From Candidatus Latescibacterota bacterium (GTDB lineage Bacteria; Latescibacterota; UBA2968): a DNA stretch of 64,000 nt. A model generated the notes under the pieces. The model was given only the letters and a program-made list of their open reading frames with translations. It had not been told where the DNA came from and searched no databases. The DNA lies in assembly GCA_038279365.1 (NCBI GenBank), contig JAYODI010000002.1:88484-152483 (forward strand). Reading direction: 5' to 3'. A program made the position numbers and the translations under genes. Of this stretch, positions 1 to 10,142 are shown piece by piece. Numbering within the stretch: position 1 is the stretch's first letter; every line of letters begins with the position of its first letter.

Positions 1-20
1 GTCACAGGTCACAGGTCACA
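1..20 (+). repeat. Heptamer tandem repeat (GTCACAG)n, truncated by window edge
   Basis: gtcacag-gtcacag-gtcaca at 1-20, about 30 bp upstream of the first ORF. Confidence 0.8.
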
Positions 21-51
21 AACTTAAAAGAAAAGTGATGAAAGGTTCTTC

Positions 52-1080
52 ATGGCAAAAAAAGTAAGGGCAGTATTGGTTGGGTGTGGCGGAATGAGTA
101 GGCGTTGGACACAAGTGTCAAAATCACATCCAGACCTGGAATTGGTTGGGTTTGTAGACATCAACGAAGAAGCCGCCAAAACACGCGCTGCCGATTATGG
201 TGAAGGCGATTTTGTGATTGGCACAGACCTCGCCAAAGTGCTTAAACAAACCACACCCGATGCCGTATTTGATTGTACTATTCCAGAAGTCCACACATCT
301 GTTGCCCTCACAGCATTTGAACACGACTGTCATGTCTTAAGTGAAAAACCGATGGCTGATTCGATGGCAAATGCCCAAAAAGCCCTTGAGATGGCTCAGC
401 ATAAAAACAAGATCTATGCCATCATTCAAAACCGTCGTTATGACCCCAACATCCGTCGCTTGCGACATTTTTTAGATGCGGGTCATTTGGGCAATTTAAC
501 AACGGTCAATTGTGACTTTTATATTGGTGCACACTTCGGTGGGTTTCGCGACAAAATGGAACACGTATTGTTGCTCGACATGGCCATTCATACCTTTGAT
601 GCCGCAAGGCTCATCACAGGAGCAGACCCCGTTTCGGTCTATTGCAAAGAATGGAATCCACCCGGTTCTTGGTATGACCACGATGCATCGGCCATTGCCA
701 TTTTTGAAATGGACAACCAAGTCGTTTACACCTATCGCGGAAGTTGGTGTTCTGAAGGGTTAAACACAACGTGGGAATGTGACTGGCGCATTGTGGGAGA
801 CAAAGGCACCCTAACCTGGAATGGCAGTGATGGTTTCAATGTAGAAGTGGTGAGTGAAACGGGTGCTTTTCGATCCAAATACGAACCACGCGAGGTCCCC
901 CCCCATCATCCCAATGACCGCATTGGGGGGCACGAAGGCATTATTCACGAGTTTGTCGAATGTGTGTTACAAGGAGGTACACCAGAGACAGCTGGAAGCA
1001 ACAATATCCGAAGTTTGGCAATGGTGTTTGGCGCCATCGAAAGCGCTGAAAAGAATATGCCAGTGGATATTTCCTGGTAA
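52..1080 (+). CDS. Gfo/Idh/MocA family oxidoreductase
   Basis: Rossmann GCGGMS, EKP motif, DMAIH catalytic motif; RBS-like aaagg upstream. Confidence 0.9.
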   Translation: MAKKVRAVLVGCGGMSRRWTQVSKSHPDLELVGFVDINEEAAKTRAADYGEGDFVIGTDLAKVLKQTTPDAVFDCTIPEVHTSVALTAFEHDCHVLSEKPMADSMANAQKALEMAQHKNKIYAIIQNRRYDPNIRRLRHFLDAGHLGNLTTVNCDFYIGAHFGGFRDKMEHVLLLDMAIHTFDAARLITGADPVSVYCKEWNPPGSWYDHDASAIAIFEMDNQVVYTYRGSWCSEGLNTTWECDWRIVGDKGTLTWNGSDGFNVEVVSETGAFRSKYEPREVPPHHPNDRIGGHEGIIHEFVECVLQGGTPETAGSNNIRSLAMVFGAIESAEKNMPVDISW

Positions 1081-1107
1081 ACCACACTATCTTTTTGATG
1101 GGATTTT

Positions 1108-1845
1108 ATGGGGATTGATTTTGACGCGCAGTTGTTTGTTGTGGGAATTTTTCTGTTTGCGGTGATTGTACAAACTGTGGCGGGGTTTGGGTTGGGCATT
1201 GTTTCTTTGCCCTTGCTGATACCGATTTTGGGCATTCGTACCGCTGCACCAATTGTGGCAATGGTCAACCTGATTGCCATCGCGCTTATATTTATTCGCT
1301 ATCGCCACGCCTTTCAATTACAAGCCACAAAACCATTGCTTATTGCTGGCGCACTCGGTGTGCCCATTGGTGTGTGGACCGTTAAGACCATTCCCGAAGC
1401 CTATACACTCACGGCTCTGGGCATTCTCATTTTGGGCTATTCTCTCTATGCCTATTTTACACCACAGGTGCCACAAATCAAACACGCACTTTGGGGATAT
1501 GGTTTGGGCTTTGTATCGGGCATTTGTGGTGGAGCTTATAACAGTTCGGGCCCTGCCTCGGTGTTATATGCCCACAGCCAACGCTGGCCCCAAGAAACAT
1601 TCAAAAGCAATTTGCAGGGTTATTTTATTATCAACTCTTTGATTATCAACATCACACACGCCTTAAGCCACAATTATACCCCTGCTGTTTTCTCTGTTTT
1701 TTTGCTCGCCATTCCTGGCATCACATTGGGTATGATCATTGGTTTTGCGCTTTCTAAACGCATCCATGCCGAACGTTTTCGCAAATTGATTTTGGCCCTG
1801 CTGTTTATTTTGGGCATTCGCCTCATCATAACACACCTCACCTAA
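1108..1845 (+). CDS. Sulfite exporter TauE/SafE family membrane protein
   Basis: Hydrophobic 245 aa protein with duplicated Gly-rich motifs (AGFGLG; GGAYNSSGP). Confidence 0.85.
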   Translation: MGIDFDAQLFVVGIFLFAVIVQTVAGFGLGIVSLPLLIPILGIRTAAPIVAMVNLIAIALIFIRYRHAFQLQATKPLLIAGALGVPIGVWTVKTIPEAYTLTALGILILGYSLYAYFTPQVPQIKHALWGYGLGFVSGICGGAYNSSGPASVLYAHSQRWPQETFKSNLQGYFIINSLIINITHALSHNYTPAVFSVFLLAIPGITLGMIIGFALSKRIHAERFRKLILALLFILGIRLIITHLT

Positions 1846-1855
1846 GGCACCTACC

Positions 1856-2959
1856 ATGACAAACGCAGTTTCTCAAAAAACACGCCCACGTGCCCGTGAA
1901 GCAGGTATTGTTGTCGGCAACGATCCCACAGGTTTCCAAAATGCTATTACCGACGTTGCAGGCGTAAAAGTAGGGCATGTTACCCTCATAGAAGGCAATG
2001 GCCCCACCGTCATTGGCAAAGGCCCCGTACGTACGGGCGTAACGGCCATTGTGCCTCCCGATGGCGACTGGTATAATGCCCCTTTTGAAGCGGGGCAATA
2101 CACCTTCAATGGCGCAGGCACAACAGCAGGGCTCACACTCATTGACGAATATGCACAAATTCACACCCCAATCCTGCTCACAAACTCACTTAGTGTGGGA
2201 ACTGCCTACGAAGGCATTGTGCGCTATATGGTTGAACACCACTTCAAAGACAAAGGCGATGTACCGTGGTTTAACCCTGTAGTAGGCGAGACCTCAGACG
2301 CATTCTTAAATGACATTGGTGGGCTACACTTGCGCCCAGAACACGCCGTTACAAGCATCGAGACAGCCACCACTGGCCCAGTTGCCGAAGGAACGGTTGG
2401 GGGCGGAACAGGCATGAGCACTTTTGGATTCAAGGGAGGCATTGGCACTTCCTCTCGCATTGTGGATCTCAATGGTGAAACAGGAACCATAGGCGTACTG
2501 GTACAATCCAATTTTGGTGGCCGTTTTCACCTCCAAGGCATTTCAATGGCCGAAATCCCCACGGCACCACAACCCCCATCCAAAATGGGCAGTTCCATCA
2601 TGATCATCATCGCCACCGACTTACCTCTCTCAAACCGCCTCCTCAATCGCATTTGCAAACGCGCCACATTTGGCTTGGCTCGCACCGGCTCCAACGGTGG
2701 CCACGGAAGTGGCGATTATGTCATCGCATTTTCGACCACATATCGCAGTGGCGAAAAACAAAACATTGCCCAAACCCTCGCGCATCGAGAAAGCCTCATC
2801 GACAAAGTCTTCACCGCTGTGGCCGATGCCACAGAAGAATCCATTTACAACGCCCTGTTTAAAGCAACCACACTTGTCGGCAGAGATGGCAACACACGTT
2901 ATGAACTGCCCATTGACCTCGCATTGGATATTTTAAAACGCCACCAATTACTGGATTAA
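1856..2959 (+). CDS. P1/S58 family peptidase (DmpA-like L-aminopeptidase/D-esterase)
   Basis: NAITDVAGVKVGH, RTGVT, GGGTGM..GFKGGIG, G-S autoprocessing site (GSSIMIIIATD), HGSGD. Confidence 0.9.
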   Translation: MTNAVSQKTRPRAREAGIVVGNDPTGFQNAITDVAGVKVGHVTLIEGNGPTVIGKGPVRTGVTAIVPPDGDWYNAPFEAGQYTFNGAGTTAGLTLIDEYAQIHTPILLTNSLSVGTAYEGIVRYMVEHHFKDKGDVPWFNPVVGETSDAFLNDIGGLHLRPEHAVTSIETATTGPVAEGTVGGGTGMSTFGFKGGIGTSSRIVDLNGETGTIGVLVQSNFGGRFHLQGISMAEIPTAPQPPSKMGSSIMIIIATDLPLSNRLLNRICKRATFGLARTGSNGGHGSGDYVIAFSTTYRSGEKQNIAQTLAHRESLIDKVFTAVADATEESIYNALFKATTLVGRDGNTRYELPIDLALDILKRHQLLD

Positions 2960-3069
2960 AATTTTCGATGGAAGCATCACCAAACCCAAAGTAACCATTG
3001 CCCAACTGGAAAAATTGTTTTCAAAAACAATAACTTCTCAAACACCCTGCAGGTTTGGCACCACACTCC

Positions 3070-4101
3070 CTATCGCGTGGCGTGGAATGCTTTCATACGC
3101 ACACCGGGTAATTGGGGTTCCCATTTCCCCAAGACAGCTTGTGCCTCATCAATAATCAAGGGGGAAGTACGCACCAAAGTAATCAACGTTTCGGCCAAAC
3201 GACTTAAAAGGGCGCGATCTGCTTTTTCTCCCCACACATCACACGTTGCAATCCAAGCCAGGGCCATCTTGGTATTGAGCACACCCAAAAACGCACGCAC
3301 AAACCGAACATAATGCCCATAAGATTGCTCATCGGACATCACCCGATTAAATATTCCGTCTATCAAGACATCATCGGCCCCTTTTTCTGCGATCATTTCA
3401 ACAAATTGCTCCAACAATCTGCGCTGGCGCTCTCGTCGCCAAATGCCCGGCCAAATGGTTTTATAAGTCCGCTCTAATTCGCCCCGCACATCTATCAAAG
3501 ACTCAAAAAGCGTCCCTTTTGGCAACACAGCAAAAATCTGCCGAACCCGCTCATCAAATGCCTGCCCCACATCTTTAAATTCTGCCGTCATCAAAAAAGC
3601 CACAACATGGGGCACAATGTTTTCAAATGCCAGTAACCGACCACACAAAGCCTCAAATGGCCGATTGGGTAACCCATTAAAAGCCGAAAACAATAAAGCT
3701 TGCAAGCTTAACGTATGGACAGGGGCGCCAATGACAGCCTCAAGCACAACCCCCACATTACGCGCACTTAAAAAGTGCGTGACCACATCGCACCCTTGTA
3801 AGGCAAAAACCAAAGCGCGTAAAGCAATGATGTCGTTTTCACGTTCTGCCAGAGCATACAAAGCGGTTCCGACCTCAGGAAACCGAACAGCCACCTTGTG
3901 ATATCCCAAAATTTGGGCCACAACAGTACGTTCTGCAGGAGATAAGTCATCTTGCAAACAATCACACAGATCTCTTGCCGTTTCTCTATCCAATGCCCGC
4001 GCTTTAAAAGCTGAAATGGCCGCCAAACGACTCACATCCCCATTGCGCTCAGATGCGGCATATATTTGTTCGCGTAAAGTCATACGTATCTCACGAAGCA
4101 T
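3070..4101 (-). CDS. Hypothetical all-helical (HEAT/ARM-like) protein; start may be 4083
   Basis: 343 aa Leu/Ala/Arg/Glu-rich ORF overlapping the end of the response regulator; HEAT-like segment ERTVVAQILG...LRALVFAL. Confidence 0.6.
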   Translation of the reverse strand: MLREIRMTLREQIYAASERNGDVSRLAAISAFKARALDRETARDLCDCLQDDLSPAERTVVAQILGYHKVAVRFPEVGTALYALAERENDIIALRALVFALQGCDVVTHFLSARNVGVVLEAVIGAPVHTLSLQALLFSAFNGLPNRPFEALCGRLLAFENIVPHVVAFLMTAEFKDVGQAFDERVRQIFAVLPKGTLFESLIDVRGELERTYKTIWPGIWRRERQRRLLEQFVEMIAEKGADDVLIDGIFNRVMSDEQSYGHYVRFVRAFLGVLNTKMALAWIATCDVWGEKADRALLSRLAETLITLVRTSPLIIDEAQAVLGKWEPQLPGVRMKAFHATR

Positions 4102-4765
4102 CCAAATCGGTCATGTTTCCATCACCCAAATCCAACATCTCTATCCCATCCAAATAGGGTTTGATTTCAAAACGTGTAAGCGTGGCCGTACGCTCCATCA
4201 CCTTCTTTATTTGACCACTGGCTTCCACTATTCTCGCCACAGCTTCTCGGGCTTCAGCATTGTGATCCACTGCGCCCTTTAAACGAAGCAGTTCGGCACT
4301 GCCCAGCACCACCATCATGGGGTTATTGATTTCATGATTGGCCGCAACAATGGTCGCCAACACACCGCGTAAGCGTTCATTTTCTTGGGTGGTAAAAAAA
4401 TTCCGCAACCGAAATTTCAAAATATCCACGCGTTCAGGCGTAAGCACCTCTTTGCTGATATAGTCCACCACCCCAGCTTTTAGCCCAATGCTTTCATCTT
4501 CACGCGCATCCTTTACAGTGAGAAAAATAACTGGCACTTTTTTTAAGGCCTCTTGATCACGCATGGCCTTCAAAAGTGCCAACCCATCCAAATCGGGCAT
4601 ATCCACATCCAAGATGACCAAGTCGGGCACAGATTTGGACATCGAATCCAACGCCCCTCGCCCATCTGAAGTGGTCTGAATGTCATATCCTTCGGCTTTT
4701 AATATTTGCGACACAAAAATAAGCACCGTTGGGTCGTCGTCTATGGCAACTATCTTTTTGGTCAT
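4091..4765 (-). CDS. Response regulator: REC domain plus C-terminal HisKA-like helix, no HATPase
   Basis: IDDD, LDVDMP phospho-Asp, FLT, K; then H-box ANHEINNPM. Confidence 0.88.
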   Translation of the reverse strand: MTKKIVAIDDDPTVLIFVSQILKAEGYDIQTTSDGRGALDSMSKSVPDLVILDVDMPDLDGLALLKAMRDQEALKKVPVIFLTVKDAREDESIGLKAGVVDYISKEVLTPERVDILKFRLRNFFTTQENERLRGVLATIVAANHEINNPMMVVLGSAELLRLKGAVDHNAEAREAVARIVEASGQIKKVMERTATLTRFEIKPYLDGIEMLDLGDGNMTDLDAS

Positions 4766-6078
4766 ACCTCGTCACGCCTCCTTACAGGTATCATCACCCG
4801 CATCAATGCCCCACCCCACTCCGATTCCGCCACTTCAATGCCCCCTTCGTGTGCCTGTACCACTTCTTGGCTGATGGCCAACCCCAACCCCAAACCGGGC
4901 TTTCGGGCCGCATCAGACCGGATTTGATAAAACTTGCCAAAAATCTGCCCGCGTTCCTCCTTTGGAATGCCTGGCCCTGAGTCAGACACAAGAAAATGGA
5001 TGTTGTTGTCTTTGAGCATTCCCTGCAATCGCACACATCCACCTTTTGGGCTAAATTTTAAAGCATTGTCCAACAAATTTCCCAACACTTGTTGCAGGCG
5101 TCGTTCATCTGCTAAAAAAAACACATCTTCCTCTGGAAATTGCACCGTAAAATTGACACCTGCTTTTGTTGCTTTTTGCCGAAACGCCAAATCGCTTCCT
5201 GCCAACAAAAACCGCAAAGATACTTCATTTTGAATCACAACAGCCAATGGGTCACGCTCCAATCGAGCCAAAAACAACATATCATCAATCATTGCACCCA
5301 AGTGATCCGTTGCCGCTCGGGCCAGTGCCAATGGCGATTCACCCGTTGCCTCGCCCAACTGCGCCAAAGAACGTTCAACCGTTAACAAGGGTTTTCGCAA
5401 CTCATGTCGAATCATAGAAAAAAAGTCTTCACGCAACTGTTCGGCCTGCGCTGCGGCCTGTCTTTTTAAGGTGATGTCTTGAATGACCACCACCACACCT
5501 GCTTCACTGCCGGCCACCTTAAAGGGTCGTGTGGTCACCGCCACAGGTGGATGCCCATCCAACTCGGTTTCAAAAGGCCTTTGCAACAAAGCCTCAGAAG
5601 CCACCCCCAAGTGCGTTATAATATCGCCCCATCCCACGGTCAGTTTTTCTGCCAATCGATTTGCTTTGAGCACCTGCCCCAAATGGTCGAGCAAAACCAC
5701 GCCCACGGGCACCATTTCCAAAATCGTACCCACTTCTTCTTGGCTCACGGCCAACTTATCGCGCAACCGAGACAAGGTCTCAATCGCCACCACCTCTTGT
5801 CGCAATTGTGCATCATCGCCGCGCAAAGCCCCCACCCAATTAACCACCTGCGGATAAACATCTGCATGATCCGCCAGACCAAAAACCGATCCCCGCTGTT
5901 CCAACACACCAATACGACACAAATCATCTACAACAACAGCCGGATTGCGATTTACACCAAACCGTTGCAAAAGCATGGGGGCAGAAAGTTCTAAGAATGG
6001 ATTTTCAAAAAAGGCGGTTGTAATCTCACCCGCAATATCCAACAATTCAGCCCGAATACCTTCAAGCAATTCTCGCAT
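4762..6078 (-). CDS. Cytoplasmic PAS sensor histidine kinase (start uncertain; ORF track extends to 6144)
   Basis: H-box RHELRKPL, N-box NLLDNALKF, G1 DSGPGI, G2 GLGLGL; PAS-like VPVGVVLLD..G; no TM segment; 4-bp overlap with the regulator. Confidence 0.88.
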   Translation of the reverse strand: MRELLEGIRAELLDIAGEITTAFFENPFLELSAPMLLQRFGVNRNPAVVVDDLCRIGVLEQRGSVFGLADHADVYPQVVNWVGALRGDDAQLRQEVVAIETLSRLRDKLAVSQEEVGTILEMVPVGVVLLDHLGQVLKANRLAEKLTVGWGDIITHLGVASEALLQRPFETELDGHPPVAVTTRPFKVAGSEAGVVVVIQDITLKRQAAAQAEQLREDFFSMIRHELRKPLLTVERSLAQLGEATGESPLALARAATDHLGAMIDDMLFLARLERDPLAVVIQNEVSLRFLLAGSDLAFRQKATKAGVNFTVQFPEEDVFFLADERRLQQVLGNLLDNALKFSPKGGCVRLQGMLKDNNIHFLVSDSGPGIPKEERGQIFGKFYQIRSDAARKPGLGLGLAISQEVVQAHEGGIEVAESEWGGALMRVMIPVRRRDEV

Positions 6079-6205
6079 CAAAAACACTTTCAAAAACAAT
6101 CTTTTAAGTATGACACCAAAACTTGAATATACGGCCACAAGCACGTCTCAGACAAGGCATCCACCTTGGAACCAAGTCGTCTTGATGAGTTGCATGACTT
6201 TAATC

Positions 6206-6233
6206 TTGACAATACTACATTTTGTACTATAAT
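6206..6233 (+). promoter_or_regulatory. Sigma70-type promoter of nrdR-nrdJ
   Basis: TTGACA (6206-6211), 16 bp, TATAAT (6228-6233). Confidence 0.85.
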
Positions 6234-6260
6234 AGCACTGTAACACAATATAGTGTTACA
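6212..6260. promoter_or_regulatory. Tandem NrdR boxes
   Basis: ataCTACATTTTGtac (core at 6215) and acaCAATATAGTGtta (core at 6246) fit acaCwAtATaTwGtgt, 31 bp apart; second lies in palindrome TGTAACAC-N6-GTGTTACA. Confidence 0.85.
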
Positions 6261-6290
6261 AACGCCATTTACGTAAAAAGGAACAGACGA

Positions 6291-6755
6291 ATGAAATGCC
6301 CTTATTGTGGTGCATTGGATGACAAGGTTGTTGACTCGCGCTCCAGCAAAGAAGGCACCGCCATTCGAAGACGTCGCGAATGCCTTGATTGTGAACGCAG
6401 GTTCACAACATATGAGTATATTGAAGATATTCCCCTCACCGTTATCAAAACCGATGGCCGACGTGAGCCCTTTGACAAAAATAAGCTCATTGCCAAAATT
6501 AGGCTTTCTTGTACCAAACGCCCCATTTCAACGGCCCAAATTGACGAAATTGCAGACCGAATCGAAGATCAATTGGGTGGTTTGGGTGAACGTGAAATCG
6601 AGGCAAAAAAACACATAGGTGCATTGGTCATGAAAGAACTCAAGGCCTTAGATGACGTTGCTTATGTGCGTTTTGCATCTGTTTATCGACAGTTTAAAGA
6701 TCTTCGAGACTTTGAAAAAGAACTTCAAGAATTTGGGAACAAACCAGCCCCTTAA
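6291..6755 (+). CDS. nrdR: Transcriptional repressor NrdR
   Basis: MKCPYC..DSR..RRRREC..C..RFTTYE zinc ribbon, ATP cone, [12 protein letters not shown] aagga. Confidence 0.97.
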   Translation: MKCPYCGALDDKVVDSRSSKEGTAIRRRRECLDCERRFTTYEYIEDIPLTVIKTDGRREPFDKNKLIAKIRLSCTKRPISTAQIDEIADRIEDQLGGLGEREIEAKKHIGALVMKELKALDDVAYVRFASVYRQFKDLRDFEKELQEFGNKPAP

Positions 6756-6816
6756 ATAGGCCATTTGGTTTGTTTGCTCACCTGCTCTATTGACGGCAAA
6801 CATGAAGGACAAAACG

Positions 6817-9800
6817 ATGAAAATTTCCAGACGGTACACCACACCCAACATCAATCCGTTAGATCAAGTCGAATATACCAAACGCACCTCCGTCATTACC
6901 AACCCCGACGGTTCTGAAGTTTTCAGGATGGACAATGTTGAAGTGCCTAAGTCTTGGTCCCAGTTGGCAACCGACATCGTCGTGTCCAAATACTTTCGCA
7001 AGGGTGGCGTACCCAAAACCGAGCATGAAACATCTGTCAAACAAGTGGTTCATCGCATTGCCAATACCATTCGACAAGCAGGTGAAGACTTTGGCAATTA
7101 TTTCGACAGCACCGAAGATGCCGATGCCTTTGAAGCCGAGTTGGCTTATCACCTCGTACATCAAAAAGGGGCATTCAACTCCCCCGTTTGGTTTAACTGT
7201 GGCCTTTATCACCAGTATAAAATCAAAGGCTCTGGGGGCAGTTGGTATTGGGACCCCAAAAAAGATCGCATTTTAGAAACCAAAGACGCCTATACCCATC
7301 CGCAATGCTCTGCCTGTTACATCCAATCCGTTGAAGACGATATGATGTCCATTTTTGAATTGGTCAAAAACGAAGCGTGGCTCTTTAAATATGGTTCAGG
7401 AACAGGCAGCAACTTTTCCAAAGTTCGTGGAAACATGGAAAAACTCTCTGGTGGTGGCACATCGTCAGGCCTGATGTCTTTCCTCGAAGTTTTTGATCGG
7501 GCAGCAGGTGCCACCAAATCTGGTGGCATTACTCGGCGAGCCGCTAAAATGGTATGCCTGGATATGGACCACCCCGAAATTGTCTCCTTTATCAACTGGA
7601 AATCAAACGAAGAAAAGAAAGTGGCCGCCCTTATTGCGGGTGGTTATAGCTCAGATTTTAACGGTGAAGCCTATCGCACTGTTTCAGGTCAAAATTCCAA
7701 CAACTCCGTGCGCATTACCGATGCCTTTATGGAAGCCGTCGAAAACGATGGCGATTGGCACACCACATTGCGTACCACAGGTGAAATACACGAAACCTTT
7801 AAAGCCCGCGATTTGATGGATCAAATCAGCAACGCTGCTTGGGCCTGTGCAGATCCTGGCATGCAATATGACACCACCATCAACAAATGGCACACCGCCC
7901 CAAACAGTGGGCGTATCAACGCATCCAACCCATGTAGTGAATATATGTATCTCGATGACAGTGCCTGCAACCTCGCATCCATTAACCTACTCCACTACCT
8001 CAATGAAGATGGCAGTTTTGATATTGAAGGCTTTCGGTTTGCCTGCAAGCTCTTTTTTCTTGCTCAAGAAATTATGGTCGATTTGGCCTCTTATCCCACC
8101 AAGCCCATTGCTCAAAACAGCCACGACTTCCGTCCTCTCGGTTTGGGATATGCCAATTTGGGTTCTCTCCTGATGGTGATGGGCTTGCCATACGACAGCG
8201 ATGAAGGACGTGCCATTTGCAGTGCCATTACGGCCATTATGTGTGGCCATGCATATGCCACATCCGCCGAAATTGCGGCACAAAAATCACCATTCCCAGG
8301 TTTTGAAAAAAATCGCGAGCCCATGTTAAACGTCATGAAAATGCATCAAGCAGCAGCACACGCCATAGATGCCCATCATTGTGCCACAGACTTGTTTCAA
8401 GCCGCCTGTGAAGATTGGGATCGCGCCGTAGCCTTAGGCGAACAACACGGTTATCGAAACGGACAAGCCACGGTGATTGCACCTACTGGTACCATTGGTT
8501 TGCTCATGGATTGCGATACAACAGGCATCGAACCCGACTTTGCCTTGGTTAAGTTCAAAAAACTCTCAGGGGGCGGTTATTTCAAAATTGTCAATGCATC
8601 CGTACCCAAGGCCCTTGCACGTTTGGGGTATACCCCCTCAGAAATAAAAGCCATTGTGGCTTACATTTGCGGCACCCTAACCCTCCAAACCGAGGCCCCG
8701 ATCAATGCATCCATTTTAAGAGATCGGGGTTTGACCGATGAGGACATTGAAAAAATCGAATTGGCATTGCCTGGCGCCTTCGAACTCTCACAAGTGGTTT
8801 CCCCGTGGGTCTTGGGTGAAGAAACCATGCAACGTTTGGAAATCACACCTCAACAATACCAAGCCCCCACCTTTAACTTGCTTGCAACATTGGGTTTCTC
8901 AACCCAAGAAATCAACACAGCAAGCAACATCATCTGTGGGCGCATGACCATTGAAGGTGCCCCCTTATTAAAAGACGAACATTTGCCCATTTTCGACTGT
9001 GCAAATAAGTGCGGCAAACACGGCAAACGCTTCATCGCTCCCTGGGCACACATCACCATGATGGCCGCGGCCCAACCCTTTATTTCGGGTGCCATTTCCA
9101 AAACAGTAAATGTGCCTCACGAAACCACAGCGGAAGACATTCAAGGCATTTACATTGAAGGCTGGAAGCTGGGTTTAAAGGCCGTTGCCATATATCGCGA
9201 TGGCTCAAAACTGTCTCAGCCGCTCAATGCCACCAGCTCTGAAAAGGAAAAAGAAGAAGAAACGGTTTCAGAGACCAAACCCGCTCCCAAAACCCCAGAG
9301 CCAGTGCTCGCACAAGGTGCCCCCCTTCCACAGCGCCGCAGATTGCCCAAAAAACGCCAAGGATTTACACAAGAAGCACGGGTGGCAGGGCACAAAGTAT
9401 TCCTGCGCACAGGGGAATATGAAAATGGCGATTTGGGTGAAATATTTATCGATATGCAAAAAGAAGGTGCCCCATTTCGCAGTATGCTCAACTGTTTTGC
9501 CATTGCCATTTCCAAAGGCCTGCAATACGGTGTGCCTCTCGAAGAATTTGTCGATACGTTTACTTTCACACGCTTTGAACCTTGGGGATCAGTAGAACAC
9601 CCCAACATCAAATTTTCAACCTCAGTTATCGATTATATCTTCCGCGTTGTAGGTTATGAATACCTTGGACGTACTGATTTTCTACAGGTCAAACCTGAAG
9701 ACATCGTTCCCGATATTGCCACCAATACGCCACAAGATCACATAGCGGACAAACCGCAAAACACGCAATCCTTACCTCCAAATGATGCGCCGGTTACACC

Positions 9801-10041
9801 CCAAGCACTGGCACCAGAAACACAATCCACAGCCGAGAGTCAAAATGGCAAAACCTCAACAAACGGCCCAAATGCCACCCAATATACCGAAATGCCACTG
9901 ACCAAGGCCGCAGTGCTCGATGAACAATTGTCCCAAATGATGGGCGATGCACCCTTTTGCGATTCGTGCGGGCACATTACTGTGCGCAATGGCTCTTGTT
10001 ATCGGTGCCTCAACTGTGGCAATTCGATGGGATGTTCATAA
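6817..10041 (+). CDS. nrdJ: Vitamin B12-dependent class II ribonucleotide reductase with TSCPD domain and C-terminal Zn ribbon
   Basis: FNSPVWFN, QCSACYI, SNPCSE, ACNLAS, IAPTGTIG, AIYRDGSK, terminal CDSCG..RNGSCYRCLNCG; RBS aagga before ATG 6817. Confidence 0.95.
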   Translation: MKISRRYTTPNINPLDQVEYTKRTSVITNPDGSEVFRMDNVEVPKSWSQLATDIVVSKYFRKGGVPKTEHETSVKQVVHRIANTIRQAGEDFGNYFDSTEDADAFEAELAYHLVHQKGAFNSPVWFNCGLYHQYKIKGSGGSWYWDPKKDRILETKDAYTHPQCSACYIQSVEDDMMSIFELVKNEAWLFKYGSGTGSNFSKVRGNMEKLSGGGTSSGLMSFLEVFDRAAGATKSGGITRRAAKMVCLDMDHPEIVSFINWKSNEEKKVAALIAGGYSSDFNGEAYRTVSGQNSNNSVRITDAFMEAVENDGDWHTTLRTTGEIHETFKARDLMDQISNAAWACADPGMQYDTTINKWHTAPNSGRINASNPCSEYMYLDDSACNLASINLLHYLNEDGSFDIEGFRFACKLFFLAQEIMVDLASYPTKPIAQNSHDFRPLGLGYANLGSLLMVMGLPYDSDEGRAICSAITAIMCGHAYATSAEIAAQKSPFPGFEKNREPMLNVMKMHQAAAHAIDAHHCATDLFQAACEDWDRAVALGEQHGYRNGQATVIAPTGTIGLLMDCDTTGIEPDFALVKFKKLSGGGYFKIVNASVPKALARLGYTPSEIKAIVAYICGTLTLQTEAPINASILRDRGLTDEDIEKIELALPGAFELSQVVSPWVLGEETMQRLEITPQQYQAPTFNLLATLGFSTQEINTASNIICGRMTIEGAPLLKDEHLPIFDCANKCGKHGKRFIAPWAHITMMAAAQPFISGAISKTVNVPHETTAEDIQGIYIEGWKLGLKAVAIYRDGSKLSQPLNATSSEKEKEEETVSETKPAPKTPEPVLAQGAPLPQRRRLPKKRQGFTQEARVAGHKVFLRTGEYENGDLGEIFIDMQKEGAPFRSMLNCFAIAISKGLQYGVPLEEFVDTFTFTRFEPWGSVEHPNIKFSTSVIDYIFRVVGYEYLGRTDFLQVKPEDIVPDIATNTPQDHIADKPQNTQSLPPNDAPVTPQALAPETQSTAESQNGKTSTNGPNATQYTEMPLTKAAVLDEQLSQMMGDAPFCDSCGHITVRNGSCYRCLNCGNSMGCS

Positions 10042-10055
10042 ACGTTATGAAGCAT

Positions 10056-10096
10056 AAAAAAACACCCAGACGATTTCTCGTCTGGGTGTTTTTTTT
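10056..10096. terminator. Bidirectional intrinsic terminator
   Basis: A-tract, cacccagacga-tttc-tcgtctgggtg, T-tract between convergent genes. Confidence 0.9.
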
Positions 10097-10142
10097 GCCA
10101 TAAACAACAACCAACAGATTTTAATAAAGAGCCCCTTCAAAA

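Noticed and set aside
6817..10041. Intein or intron in nrdJ
   Set aside because: Continuous ORF with no evident intein splice or LAGLIDADG motifs; the extra length fits a known insertion, the TSCPD domain and low-complexity linkers.
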